Positions 1 through 8,698 of a stretch of DNA of 64,000 bases are shown here, one piece after another. Every line of letters begins with the position of its first letter. The first letter of the stretch is position 1. The DNA is from a virus. The stretch covers positions 36,665 through 100,664 of IMG/VR virus record IMGVR_UViG_3300040801_004314. One strand, 5' to 3'. Both the position numbers and the translations under genes were made by a program. Under the pieces are notes generated by a model. The model saw only the letters and a list, made by a program, of their open reading frames with translations, was not told the origin of the DNA and did not search any database.

Positions 1-27
1 AGCAAATCTAACTTTAGGATATATGAA

Positions 28-1587
28 ATGTCCGATGAATCAAAAATAAATGAACTATTCAACATGAACAAAAATGAATTTGTAACAAAAAAACAATTGA
101 CTGATTACTCACAGTATTTAGTTAAAGAGCTTAACGAAACTAAGAAAGGCGTTAAGGAAGCAGTTTCAAAGGGACAAATGGACCCAGCGAAATTAGAGAA
201 GTTATTAGAGTATTATGAAGAACTTAATGCTACTAACGAAAAAGTTGTTGGTTACCTAGATTACTTAGCTGAAAAAGTACAAGTAGTAGTTAACGAAAAC
301 AAAACTTTAAAAGAGACAACAGGTAAGTTGACAAAACACAATGATTATCTAGCTGAAAACCTAGAAAAAGCAATCAATTATTCTGAGTATGTTGCTGAGA
401 ACTTAGACAAGAATATTAATTATTCTGAATATTTAGCAGAGAACTTAGACAAAAACATTGCTTATTCTGAGTATGTTGCTGAGAACTTAGACAAGAACAT
501 TTCTTACTCTGAATATTTAGCTGAAAACCTAGATAAGAATATTGATTATTCTGAATATTTAGCAGAGAACTTAGACAAGAACATTGCTTATTCAGAATAC
601 ATCGCAGAGAACTTAGATAAAAACATTGACTATTCAGAATACATTGCTGAAAACGTTGACAATTCTATTTCTTATGCTGAGTATTTAGCAGAACACGTTG
701 AGGGTAATATTGCTTACTCTGAATATATCGCTGAAAACTTAGATGATAACATTGCTTACTCTGAATATGTTGCAGAGAACTTAGATAAATCTATTGATTA
801 CCAAGCTATGATCGTTGAAAAATTAAACGGAACTAGTTTAAACGAATCAACTGAGGATAAATTACCAACACCTGAAATGGCAGGATTTGGAATTGAAGAA
901 TCTAAAGAGGAAAAAGAAGAAGTAAAAGAAGTAGAAGAATCTAAAGAAGATAAAGAAGAATGTGCAACTAACGAAGATGCACACCAAGAAGAGCATGAAG
1001 AAGAAGCTAAAGAAGTGGAAGCTCATGAAGAAGAGGAAGAGGAAGAAGTTCAACCATCAGGAGAATATGATGATGAATTATCTGAATCTATTGATAAATT
1101 AATCGAAGAAGCTAAAAAACGAAAAGTTTCTGAGACAAGTGATTTGAATTTTTTAAAGTTCTTAAACAAATCACAAGTAGATAGCTATTATGCTTTAACA
1201 AATGAGGAACAAGAGGATATTAAACTACACATAAACGAAAGTAGTTACTTCACACAAAAAGATGTTCTTAATTTAATAAGCGAAACTCTATCAAAAAAGA
1301 ACGAGACTCTTGAACAAAGAGTTGTCAGATTGATGCCTGACTCTGTTAAGCCAATCTGGGAGCAGTTAAATGAATCTTCTAAAAAGTCTGTGCTTTCACA
1401 AGCTAGATTATATCCAGAAGATAATATGATGACTGAGAATCAAGTTGAACATTTCTGGGATACTAGAAATTTCAAAGTGAACGAATCTACTACTAAGAAA
1501 TTAGTTTCAGAAGATAAGTTAATCCAAGAGGACAATTTATCAGATGATGAAACTAACGCAATATTAGAAAGATTCAAAAATCTATAA
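28..1587 (+). CDS. Prohead core scaffold protein (T4 gp22-like); possibly 5'-partial
   Basis: Acidic coiled-coil protein directly upstream of the major capsid gene, with a YLDYLAE motif like gp22-type scaffolds. The frame is open from base 1 (SKSNFRIYEM), so the real start may lie upstream. Confidence 0.75.
   Translation: MSDESKINELFNMNKNEFVTKKQLTDYSQYLVKELNETKKGVKEAVSKGQMDPAKLEKLLEYYEELNATNEKVVGYLDYLAEKVQVVVNENKTLKETTGKLTKHNDYLAENLEKAINYSEYVAENLDKNINYSEYLAENLDKNIAYSEYVAENLDKNISYSEYLAENLDKNIDYSEYLAENLDKNIAYSEYIAENLDKNIDYSEYIAENVDNSISYAEYLAEHVEGNIAYSEYIAENLDDNIAYSEYVAENLDKSIDYQAMIVEKLNGTSLNESTEDKLPTPEMAGFGIEESKEEKEEVKEVEESKEDKEECATNEDAHQEEHEEEAKEVEAHEEEEEEEVQPSGEYDDELSESIDKLIEEAKKRKVSETSDLNFLKFLNKSQVDSYYALTNEEQEDIKLHINESSYFTQKDVLNLISETLSKKNETLEQRVVRLMPDSVKPIWEQLNESSKKSVLSQARLYPEDNMMTENQVEHFWDTRNFKVNESTTKKLVSEDKLIQEDNLSDDETNAILERFKNL
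346..807 (+). repeat. 11 x 42-bp (14-aa) coding tandem repeat, consensus Y(L/V/I)AENLDKNIxYSE
   Basis: Read directly in the scaffold translation; copies differ at synonymous positions. Confidence 0.95.
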
Positions 1588-1666
1588 AAAATCCACGTTT
1601 GAAAAAAGTAGTAAAATAAGGGTTTATATATAGACTATACAAAAATAAAAAAAAATAAATTAAATT

Positions 1667-3364
1667 ATGTCACACATTAGAATAGACAATCAAAAAGCCA
1701 AGAAGAAATGGTCACCAGTTCTTGAGAACATGGGGGTTACTGGCGAAAGAGTTGACTGGATGAGCGAATATGCAGAATTCCACTCAATCAACGAGAATGC
1801 TTACGCAAACGCATCTAACGTATCAGGTATGGGAGGTGTTGTTGCAGCACAACCATCAACATTATCAGGTTCAACAGTTGGTAATGCATTTACACAAGGT
1901 GGATCAGAAGGATCAGGTGATGTAGGTCAAAACCTATTACCTGTTGCTATGAAAATTGCAGCACAAACAATCGGTTTAGACCTTGTTGCTGTTAAGCCAT
2001 CTCCAGGTCCAAAAATCGATTTACTTTATGTAGATTTTCGTTATGACGATACTCATACAGGTGATGCTGATGAGAGACCACAAGTTTTCAAATTGAATGC
2101 TGATAACTTAACTGATATCAAAGATTCTATTAAAAGAGAATTAGCTTCAAGAGGTCTTACTGAATCACAAGGTGGATTACAAAATGGACAACTTTTCGTA
2201 AACATTGCTGATGGATCATTCCTAGCTGATGCGCCAAGTAACAAAGAAGGTATCGTAGAATTCTTAGGATTCTCTCGTATCGATGGTTTCCCAATGTTCA
2301 GAGCTTACAGACAAGCTAACACAGCACATGGTGTTGTAGGTGGAACTGCTGGAACTGCATTTGGTTTTGACCAAACAAGAAACACTTTTGATGCAACAAC
2401 TGCAATGACAGATCAAATTGAGCAAATCGGTAACGATGGTGCTGGAACTCCTGTCGCAATTGATGTAACTGCACCAAAAGTAGAGCTAGTTTCTGCACTT
2501 GAAGACCACATCCCAGGATTTTCTGCTAACTGGAATTCAAGCGAAAACGGTTTCTCTGGAAACTATCCAATGGATAGAGAGCAAGACGATAAAAGATACT
2601 CTGGTATCATCGGACCAAAGATTTCTTCTAAAACAGTTGCAGTTGGTACTATCGAAGTATCTTCAGCTCTAAGAAGAACAGAAATTGAAGATATCAAAGC
2701 TAACACAGGTATGGATATCGTTCAAAAAATGGAAAGCATTCTTGTTAATGAACTTTCTCAAACAATCTCTAAGCAAATTGTTGCTAAGATTTTTGAAATG
2801 GGTGAACTTAACAGAGCATCTGCTCCAACAAGAACAGGTGGTGCTTCATTATTTGACCTTAACACAGACTACGTTACAAGTGGACCAGGTGGTGAGACAA
2901 CTCACGCAGTGCAAAGAAAACTTATTACTAAGATTATGCACGCATCTAACTTCATTGCAACAGAAGGACGTGTTGGACCAGCACAGTACTTAGTTACTAA
3001 TGGTGGATTGGCAGCAGCTTTATCAGACGTTTCAGGTTATACTATTAACCCAGTAAAATCTAAACTAAATGGAGCAGGTCAACTTTATCCAGTAGGTTCT
3101 ATCGGAGATATTTCAATATATGTTGATCCATATATGAAGTATGATGATAACAGAATTGTACTTGGTAGAAAGAACAACCCAGACCAACCAGGTGTTATCT
3201 TCGTGCCTTATTTAATGGCACAATCAATCAGCGTAATATCTGAGGCTACATTCGCACCTAGAATGCTTCTAAGAAGCCGTTATGCTGTGGCAGAAGTAGG
3301 TTGGTATCCACAAAAGCAATTCATGACTCTTAGAGTTACTGATGAAGCTGGATTACTAAACTAG
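1667..3364 (+). CDS. Major capsid protein (T4 gp23-like)
   Basis: N-terminal KKWSPVLE; IAAQTIGLDLVAVKP; ELSQTISKQI; IYVDPY; GVIFVPY; PRMLLRSRYA. These are gp23-family motifs. Strong codon bias and a downstream terminator. Confidence 0.92.
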   Translation: MSHIRIDNQKAKKKWSPVLENMGVTGERVDWMSEYAEFHSINENAYANASNVSGMGGVVAAQPSTLSGSTVGNAFTQGGSEGSGDVGQNLLPVAMKIAAQTIGLDLVAVKPSPGPKIDLLYVDFRYDDTHTGDADERPQVFKLNADNLTDIKDSIKRELASRGLTESQGGLQNGQLFVNIADGSFLADAPSNKEGIVEFLGFSRIDGFPMFRAYRQANTAHGVVGGTAGTAFGFDQTRNTFDATTAMTDQIEQIGNDGAGTPVAIDVTAPKVELVSALEDHIPGFSANWNSSENGFSGNYPMDREQDDKRYSGIIGPKISSKTVAVGTIEVSSALRRTEIEDIKANTGMDIVQKMESILVNELSQTISKQIVAKIFEMGELNRASAPTRTGGASLFDLNTDYVTSGPGGETTHAVQRKLITKIMHASNFIATEGRVGPAQYLVTNGGLAAALSDVSGYTINPVKSKLNGAGQLYPVGSIGDISIYVDPYMKYDDNRIVLGRKNNPDQPGVIFVPYLMAQSISVISEATFAPRMLLRSRYAVAEVGWYPQKQFMTLRVTDEAGLLN

Positions 3365-3382
3365 TAGTAACTAGACAATAAT

Positions 3383-3415
3383 AAAAAAGAGGAGCATCTA
3401 TGTTCCTCTTTTTTT
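3383..3415 (+). terminator. Rho-independent terminator after capsid gene
   Basis: AAAAAAGAGGAGCA-tcta-TGTTCCTCTTTTTTT hairpin plus U-tract. Confidence 0.85.
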
Positions 3416-3474
3416 ATGTCAAAACTTTTGAGTATATTTACATATAATTATAAGATAAAATACCTAATTATTAA

Positions 3475-5103
3475 ATGAATAAACAAAGATTTAAAATAAT
3501 AAATGATATACTTCAAGAAAAGCCTACTAGATTAAGAGAGTCGTATTTTATTAAAAACTATAATGATGTCTATAATAAAATAGTAAAATATACTGAAGGC
3601 ATAGATTTACCTTTTAAACAAAGAATGTGGCACTGGATAAATGAACTACCGACTATTTATGTCTGTAAGTGTGGTAAACCTACTAGTTTCTATAAGAATT
3701 GGAAACATGGATATAGGAGTGCATGTTCACCAAAGTGCGCACAAACAAATGATAAAACCAAGGAAAAAAGAAGAAAAACTACATTAGAAAAATATGGCGT
3801 AGATAATATTGCTAAATTGGAAGAAATTAAAAAAAAGCAAGAGGAAACTAACATACAAAAGTATGGTCATAAATCTACATTTCAAAACGAAGAAGTTCAG
3901 AAAAAATGGAGAAAAACTATCGAAGATAGATATAGTGTAGATCATTATTTTAAAACTAATGAGTTTAAGAAAAAGGCTAAGAAAACATCTAAAAAAAAAT
4001 ACGGGAAAGAACATTACGTACAATCAAAATCATACAAAGAAAAACTTAAAGAAATTGGATTCAATGATATATTGAAACAAATAAATATCAATAAACATCT
4101 TAGGAAATATGATAATATAGGTTTAGAATTTATAGATTTAAGCGATAGAATATTAACATTAAAAGGTGAATGCGGACATCAATTTGAAATACATTATGAT
4201 TCTTTAAAACGAAGAATAGAGAATTCTTATGATTATTGCACTATATGTAATCCAGTTAATTCAGTACAATCACAAGATGAGAAAGTACTAATAAAGTGGT
4301 TAATGGAAAAAAATATAGATCTCGTAGAGAAGGATCGAAGCTTAGGTATTGAGCTAGATATATTAATACCTTCCAAGAAAATAGCAATAGAGTTTAATGG
4401 ATTATATTGGCATTCTGAATTATTTAAAAATAACAATTACCATTTAGACAAAACTACAATATGTAGAAACAATGATATAAGATTAATACACATATGGGAA
4501 GATGATTGGAAATACAATAAAACAATTGTAAAATCTATTATTTTGAATAGCCTTGGGCTGATTGAGAAAAAAGTATATTCTAGAAAATGTGAAATAACTA
4601 CCTTAAGTAACAAAGAAAAAAACTTATTTTTAGAAAAAAATCACATACAAGGGAAGTGTGTATCAAGTGTTAATTTGGCACTTATGTATAATAATGAAGT
4701 AGTCTCTGTTATGACATTTGGGAAACGCAAAATGAGTAATAAAAACGAATTTGAGTTAATAAGGTTTTGTAATAAAGTAAACAATGTAGTAATCGGTGGG
4801 GCTTCAAGATTATTTAACTATTTCATTAACAATTACCAAAGTGATCATATAATTTCTTTTGCTGATATATCTCATTTTGAAGGTGGTGTATATAAGAAAT
4901 TGGGATTTAAATTTGTACACAGGACTATCCCAAATTATTGGTGGGTAGTTAGTGGTATTAGGTTTCACCGCTTCACCTATAATAAAAAAAGGTTAGTGAA
5001 AGAAGGTGCTGATCCTAATAAAACCGAAGTTCAAATAATGTATGATAAAGGATATTTTAGAATATTTGGTTGTGGTCAAGATAAGTACGTTTATCATAGG
5101 TAA
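3475..5103 (+). CDS. Hef-like free-standing endonuclease: YGVDN repeats + Zn ribbon + Vsr/DUF559-like nuclease + C-terminal Mom-like GNAT domain
   Basis: KYGVDN repeats; CxC/CxxC; ELDILIPSKKIAIEFNGLYWH...IHIWEDDW; NHIQG...ELIRFC...GGASRLF...SFAD...YKKLGF. Confidence 0.75.
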   Translation: MNKQRFKIINDILQEKPTRLRESYFIKNYNDVYNKIVKYTEGIDLPFKQRMWHWINELPTIYVCKCGKPTSFYKNWKHGYRSACSPKCAQTNDKTKEKRRKTTLEKYGVDNIAKLEEIKKKQEETNIQKYGHKSTFQNEEVQKKWRKTIEDRYSVDHYFKTNEFKKKAKKTSKKKYGKEHYVQSKSYKEKLKEIGFNDILKQININKHLRKYDNIGLEFIDLSDRILTLKGECGHQFEIHYDSLKRRIENSYDYCTICNPVNSVQSQDEKVLIKWLMEKNIDLVEKDRSLGIELDILIPSKKIAIEFNGLYWHSELFKNNNYHLDKTTICRNNDIRLIHIWEDDWKYNKTIVKSIILNSLGLIEKKVYSRKCEITTLSNKEKNLFLEKNHIQGKCVSSVNLALMYNNEVVSVMTFGKRKMSNKNEFELIRFCNKVNNVVIGGASRLFNYFINNYQSDHIISFADISHFEGGVYKKLGFKFVHRTIPNYWWVVSGIRFHRFTYNKKRLVKEGADPNKTEVQIMYDKGYFRIFGCGQDKYVYHR

Positions 5104-5130
5104 TTAATATCTATATTTAATATATACCAC

Positions 5131-5919
5131 ATGAACATCAAAGATACTTTTCTTAAATTAGTTGATAAGACACATCCACATGGAACAGAACATCAATTAT
5201 TAGAATCCTTACCAGAATTAAGCAAAGATAGTTTCGGGAATTACTATAGGATTATAGGCACTAATCCAACCATTATGTTTAATTCTCATTTAGACAATTA
5301 TGCTAAAGAACAAACCTCAACTAATGTATACACTAAATATATAGAAAATGAAGAATATGTATTCAGTGATAATGGAATATTAGGTGCTGATGATAAGGCA
5401 GGTGTGTCACTTATGCTTTATATGATTTCTAAAGAAATAGATGGGTTGTATTACTTCTTTACTGGGGAAGAAGTAGGTACTATTGGATCTTCATCTTTAG
5501 CATCCAAATTTGAAGATATTCCTTATTTAAAAAACATTACAAAATGTATATCTTTTGATAGAAGAGGTGAAAGTTCTATAGTAACTCATCAATCTGGTAA
5601 AAGGTGTTGCTCTGACGTATTTGCACACAGTCTAATGGAAGAACTATCTGATAATGACATGGAATATCAACTAGATACAACAGGTGTTTATAGCGACTCT
5701 GCTAGCTTCATAGGCAATATTAGAGAAGTGACTAACATATCGGTTGGGTATTATGATGAGCATACATCAAAAGAATCACAGAATTTAACATTTTTAGAAA
5801 AGCTATCCAAGGCATTAGTTTCTATAGAATGGGATAATTTAATTGTTCATAGAAAGGTTAAAACACCTAATGGACATTTATTAACTTTTGAGTCTTTTAG
5901 GTATAAATTAGTAAACTAA
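5131..5919 (+). CDS. M20/M28-family zinc peptidase
   Basis: SHLD, LGADDKAG, GEEVG, SFDRRG, YSDS and EHT metal/catalytic motifs. Confidence 0.85.
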   Translation: MNIKDTFLKLVDKTHPHGTEHQLLESLPELSKDSFGNYYRIIGTNPTIMFNSHLDNYAKEQTSTNVYTKYIENEEYVFSDNGILGADDKAGVSLMLYMISKEIDGLYYFFTGEEVGTIGSSSLASKFEDIPYLKNITKCISFDRRGESSIVTHQSGKRCCSDVFAHSLMEELSDNDMEYQLDTTGVYSDSASFIGNIREVTNISVGYYDEHTSKESQNLTFLEKLSKALVSIEWDNLIVHRKVKTPNGHLLTFESFRYKLVN

Positions 5920-6276
5920 AATTATATTAGCTCTGATATTAAGATAGGTGATATTTATGATGAAGCAGATATTTATTCTTATGTACAAAGAATGCACCAC
6001 ACATACGATGATTTTATAGAAGGTGATTTAGGAGATAGAATAGAGGAGTATAATAAATATAAAGTTTGGAAGGTTGATATAAAAGAAATAGATATAGATG
6101 AATTTACATTAGACTATGATCTCATAGAAGATTATAAAGAAACTTTATTAAGCAATGATAAATACCCACCAGTTGTTTTGAATAGCGATTATGATATAAT
6201 AGATGGGAGTCACCGTTTGAATGCATTAGATGAGCTAGCTCATACGAAGGTTATAGCTTTTGTTGGGATAGAATAA
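5920..6276 (+). CDS. ParB/Srx-like domain; in frame with the peptidase behind a single TAA (internal ATG at 5992)
   Basis: YPPVVLNSDYDIIDGSHRLNAL is a ParB N-terminal motif; 24 sense codons lie between TAA 5917-5919 and ATG 5992. Confidence 0.65.
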   Translation, partial: NYISSDIKIGDIYDEADIYSYVQRMHHTYDDFIEGDLGDRIEEYNKYKVWKVDIKEIDIDEFTLDYDLIEDYKETLLSNDKYPPVVLNSDYDIIDGSHRLNALDELAHTKVIAFVGIE

Positions 6277-6315
6277 GAATATGTGGATTTAATATATAAA
6301 AGAAAATAAAAGAAT

Positions 6316-6693
6316 ATGAAACACTTAAAACTGTGGGAGAATTTAAACGAAAATGGCGACTTTTATAGCAAATTTTGGATAGAGGCACTATCGGAAAAGT
6401 ACGGAACTTGTGAGATAGACGAATACAAACCAATTAAGCCATTATATGGTGGTGGTAAATTCTCACAAATAGGATATTTATGTAATGTAGAAGATAAAGA
6501 TGTGTCGAAATTTATATTAGAGGGTATTACAAATAATGGTAAATTTATACACTCAAGTATAATTACATTAGACCAAAATGGTGATGCACTATCACACGGC
6601 ACTATTTATATAGATAATACTAAAGGAGATACATATTCAGATAATATACTTAAAGTGGTTGATGAAATCGATAAATATATAGAAAATATGTAA
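6316..6693 (+). CDS. Hypothetical protein with MKHLKLWENLNE N-terminal (capsid-targeting-like) motif
   Basis: ORF preceded by TAATATATA at 6290-6298. Confidence 0.7.
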   Translation: MKHLKLWENLNENGDFYSKFWIEALSEKYGTCEIDEYKPIKPLYGGGKFSQIGYLCNVEDKDVSKFILEGITNNGKFIHSSIITLDQNGDALSHGTIYIDNTKGDTYSDNILKVVDEIDKYIENM

Positions 6694-6701
6694 AAATATA
6701 T

Positions 6702-6739
6702 AAACATTTTTCATAATTCATATATAATATATATATTTG
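6702..6739 (+). promoter_or_regulatory. Tandem promoters for tmRNA: phage AAAC-N15-TATATAA motif plus Bacteroidota-type -7 box TATATTTG
   Basis: AAAC at 6702, TATATAA at 6721, TATATTTG at 6732-6739, 12 nt before tmRNA G1. Confidence 0.65.
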
Positions 6740-6751
6740 CAAGATAACCAT

Positions 6752-7121
6752 GGGGAAGTTTAGAATAGATTTATGGTGAATTAGTAATTATGCAAGTATC
6801 GGATTGTTTTTTAACCGATTAATAAATTAAGTAACAATTTTTTTAAGCGGAAACGTAACAGAAGTAGGAACTCGTGAAGATGTAGTAGCGACTCTACAAA
6901 ACAACATGATCCAAGTAGAGGATCTAGCAACTGCCTAACAGTAGTTACTAAAAAATCTACAGTTGATCTACACAATTAAAAATGTAGGATGGTTTTTTAT
7001 ATTTTTAGAGTTTGTCAAAAAATTATATATTTTGTTTGTTTAGAAAAATAAACTAAACTTGTAAACGATTAGTTATTGATTACTGTTGAAGACAAGGTGG
7101 GCGGTACACCTTCTTCTCCAC
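6752..7121 (+). ncRNA. ssrA: tmRNA (one-piece); predicted tag (A)GNVTEVGTREDVVATLQNNMIQVEDLATA
   Basis: Acceptor stem GGGGAAG(6752-58)/CTTCTCC(7113-19) with G3.U70 and discriminator A. T arm AAGGTG-GGCGGTA-CACCTT. Helix 2 GCAAGT/ACTTGT. pk1 ATCGG/CCGAT plus ATTGTT/AACAAT. Tag ORF 6849-6938 follows TAAGC. Confidence 0.9.
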
Positions 7122-7126
7122 AAAAC

Positions 7127-7153
7127 AAAAACCCACCAAAAGGTGGGTTTTTT
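7127..7153 (+). terminator. Terminator after tmRNA
   Basis: AAAAACCCACC-aaaa-GGTGGGTTTTTT. Confidence 0.9.
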
Positions 7154-7174
7154 ATAAACTTCAAAAATTATAAA

Positions 7175-7291
7175 ATGAAAATATTAATATGTAAGCTATT
7201 TCATAAAAAATATCATAAAAGAGAATGGTATGGATGTGAGGGTGCAGAAGGAGCAAAAGATTATTATATAACATGCAGTAAATGCAATTAA
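7175..7291 (+). CDS. Small Cys/His (putative Zn-binding) protein, 38 aa
   Basis: MKILICKLFHKKYH...CSKCN with A-rich leader; the longer 7076 start overlaps the tmRNA and is spurious. Confidence 0.55.
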   Translation: MKILICKLFHKKYHKREWYGCEGAEGAKDYYITCSKCN

Positions 7292-7294
7292 ACT

Positions 7295-7591
7295 ATGAAT
7301 ACAGAACAAAAGCAACCAAGATGGATCAGAAAGGCATGGAGTATAGCCAATGTTATGCGATGGCTTTCTCGTAAAAGTGAACGAACCATTGAGGTTGAAA
7401 TACCAAAAGGGTTTATGAATTGTGGAGTTTGCATTTGTAACCATTTTATAGCCGACACAAACAATAGTGCAAATTGGGATACGATTAAATTCCCATTACC
7501 CAAACCTAAATACAAGTGGAATATTAAATGCTACACAGGTGATATTGATAAACCCGAAAAGCAAAGAGTAGTGCTGATTGATAAGTACTAG
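7295..7591 (+). CDS. Hypothetical protein; reads through a cassette core site (GTTATGC at 7352)
   Basis: 98-aa ORF followed by GCATAAC (7597-7603), complementary to the internal GTTATGC. Confidence 0.7.
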   Translation: MNTEQKQPRWIRKAWSIANVMRWLSRKSERTIEVEIPKGFMNCGVCICNHFIADTNNSANWDTIKFPLPKPKYKWNIKCYTGDIDKPEKQRVVLIDKY

Positions 7592-7634
7592 CTTGTGCAT
7601 AACATATTGTGTATGAACCTGTAAATTATAAAAA

Positions 7635-7745
7635 ATGAATTGGATTAAACGATTATTTAGTAAAAAAGAAACTACTAAGCAATGTGATACACACGTTATT
7701 GTGAGTAGTGCTTGTGAATGTGGTAGACAAAAAAATGCGGTGTAA
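7635..7745 (+). CDS. 36-aa ORF starting inside an attC-like site and crossing its right arm (possibly decayed)
   Basis: MNWIKRLFSKKETTKQCDTHVIVSSACECGRQKNAV*; the CDTHVIVSS segment is the site arm and core. Confidence 0.45.
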   Translation: MNWIKRLFSKKETTKQCDTHVIVSSACECGRQKNAV

Positions 7746-7792
7746 GAAGTGGGTTGTGTTTAAAAACAGGTATATGGTACACTTAGCATTAC

Positions 7793-7852
7793 TTACAACG
7801 GTTTGGATATGTACTGCATCCCGTAGGGTATAGCATATAGGTAATGTTATAC
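7793..7852. repeat. attC-like site, 60 bp
   Basis: TTACAAC-ggtttgg-ATATGTACTGCATCCC-gta-GGGTATAGCATAT-aggtaat-GTTATAC; hairpin with bulges. Confidence 0.7.
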
Positions 7853-7960
7853 CCTTTTTTTTGAGCGTTTGAAAAATAATTTACAGAAAATTGTATTTTA
7901 TCTGGTAGTTAATACAGAAAGCTGTATATTTGAAGTATAATAATTAAAACAAAAGAAATT

Positions 7961-8194
7961 ATGATAGTAATTTGCATACAAAATTTATATAAGTCAACAT
8001 ACGAATGTGATGTTTTTACAGAAGGCAACGAATATGAAATAATTGAAGAATATAAAAATAGAAGTAAAAATAAAATGTGTAGAGTGAAATCAGATATTAT
8101 TTTAGGTGATGGTGGTTTAGACTTTTATTTTGATGAGGGTGATAGCTTTCCTTATTATAACTTCAAGGATTATTTTAAAATAATATCTGATTAA
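7961..8194 (+). CDS. Small hypothetical cassette protein with its own host-type promoter (TATATTTG 7925-7932)
   Basis: 77-aa ORF with A-rich leader. Confidence 0.75.
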   Translation: MIVICIQNLYKSTYECDVFTEGNEYEIIEEYKNRSKNKMCRVKSDIILGDGGLDFYFDEGDSFPYYNFKDYFKIISD

Positions 8195-8196
8195 CT

Positions 8197-8322
8197 GTTT
8201 ATAGGGGTTGAGTGTATGATCAGTAGCCTACACGAACATTTGATAAATGAACAAAACTTTAAATTAATAACCGAGCAATAGTAAAAACGCCTAACGGCTA
8301 TTGCTTATGCACATTGTTAGGC
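8197..8322. repeat. attC-like site, left core degenerate
   Basis: Arms GTGTATGATCAGTAGCC (8212-28) / GGCTATTGCTTATGCAC (8296-8312), followed by GTTAGGC. Confidence 0.65.
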
Positions 8323-8332
8323 AACGTTTATT

Positions 8333-8545
8333 ATGAAATATAAAATAGGTGATAAAGTTTGGATAAAACCAATAGATGCTGGTGATTTAGAAGGTGTAGT
8401 AATAGGTTTTCAAAAGGTAGAACCTTATAATCCAATTATTGAGTTTGAATATTGCGGTGAAAAGAAAAGCAATGCCTTTGATTTAAATAGAATTAATCCT
8501 TTTGGTGATGGTAAGGTTAAGCCTGTGTATGTTAGGGTTATTTAA
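8333..8545 (+). CDS. Small cassette protein (SH3/KOW-like beta barrel, KYKIGDKV start)
   Basis: 70-aa ORF filling the space between GTTAGGC and ACCTAAC. Confidence 0.75.
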   Translation: MKYKIGDKVWIKPIDAGDLEGVVIGFQKVEPYNPIIEFEYCGEKKSNAFDLNRINPFGDGKVKPVYVRVI

Positions 8546-8549
8546 TGTT

Positions 8550-8681
8550 ACCTAACGTTAAAATATAAGAACAGTAGCGTGTTCACAAAAACAGACTGTT
8601 CAGGTTACGTGAACATTAGTAAATAATGAACAAAGTAATAGTTAAACACTGCCTAGCTATTATTTTTATATAGTGTTGGCA
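8550..8681. repeat. attC-like site, ~132 bp
   Basis: ACCTAAC; arms TATAAGAACAGTAGC (8564-78) / GCTATTATTTTTATA (8656-70); inner hairpin GTGTTCAC/GTGAACAT; GTTGGCA. Confidence 0.72.
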
Positions 8682-8698
8682 GTAGTTAATTTTTAATT

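Noticed and set aside
346-807. 42-bp periodic repeats as a CRISPR array
   Set aside because: The repeats are contiguous, in frame and vary synonymously, with no unique spacers; this is a coding repeat.
7076-7174. N-terminal extension of the ORF-track call 7076-7291
   Set aside because: It overlaps the tmRNA 3' end and terminator; ATG 7175 is the plausible start.
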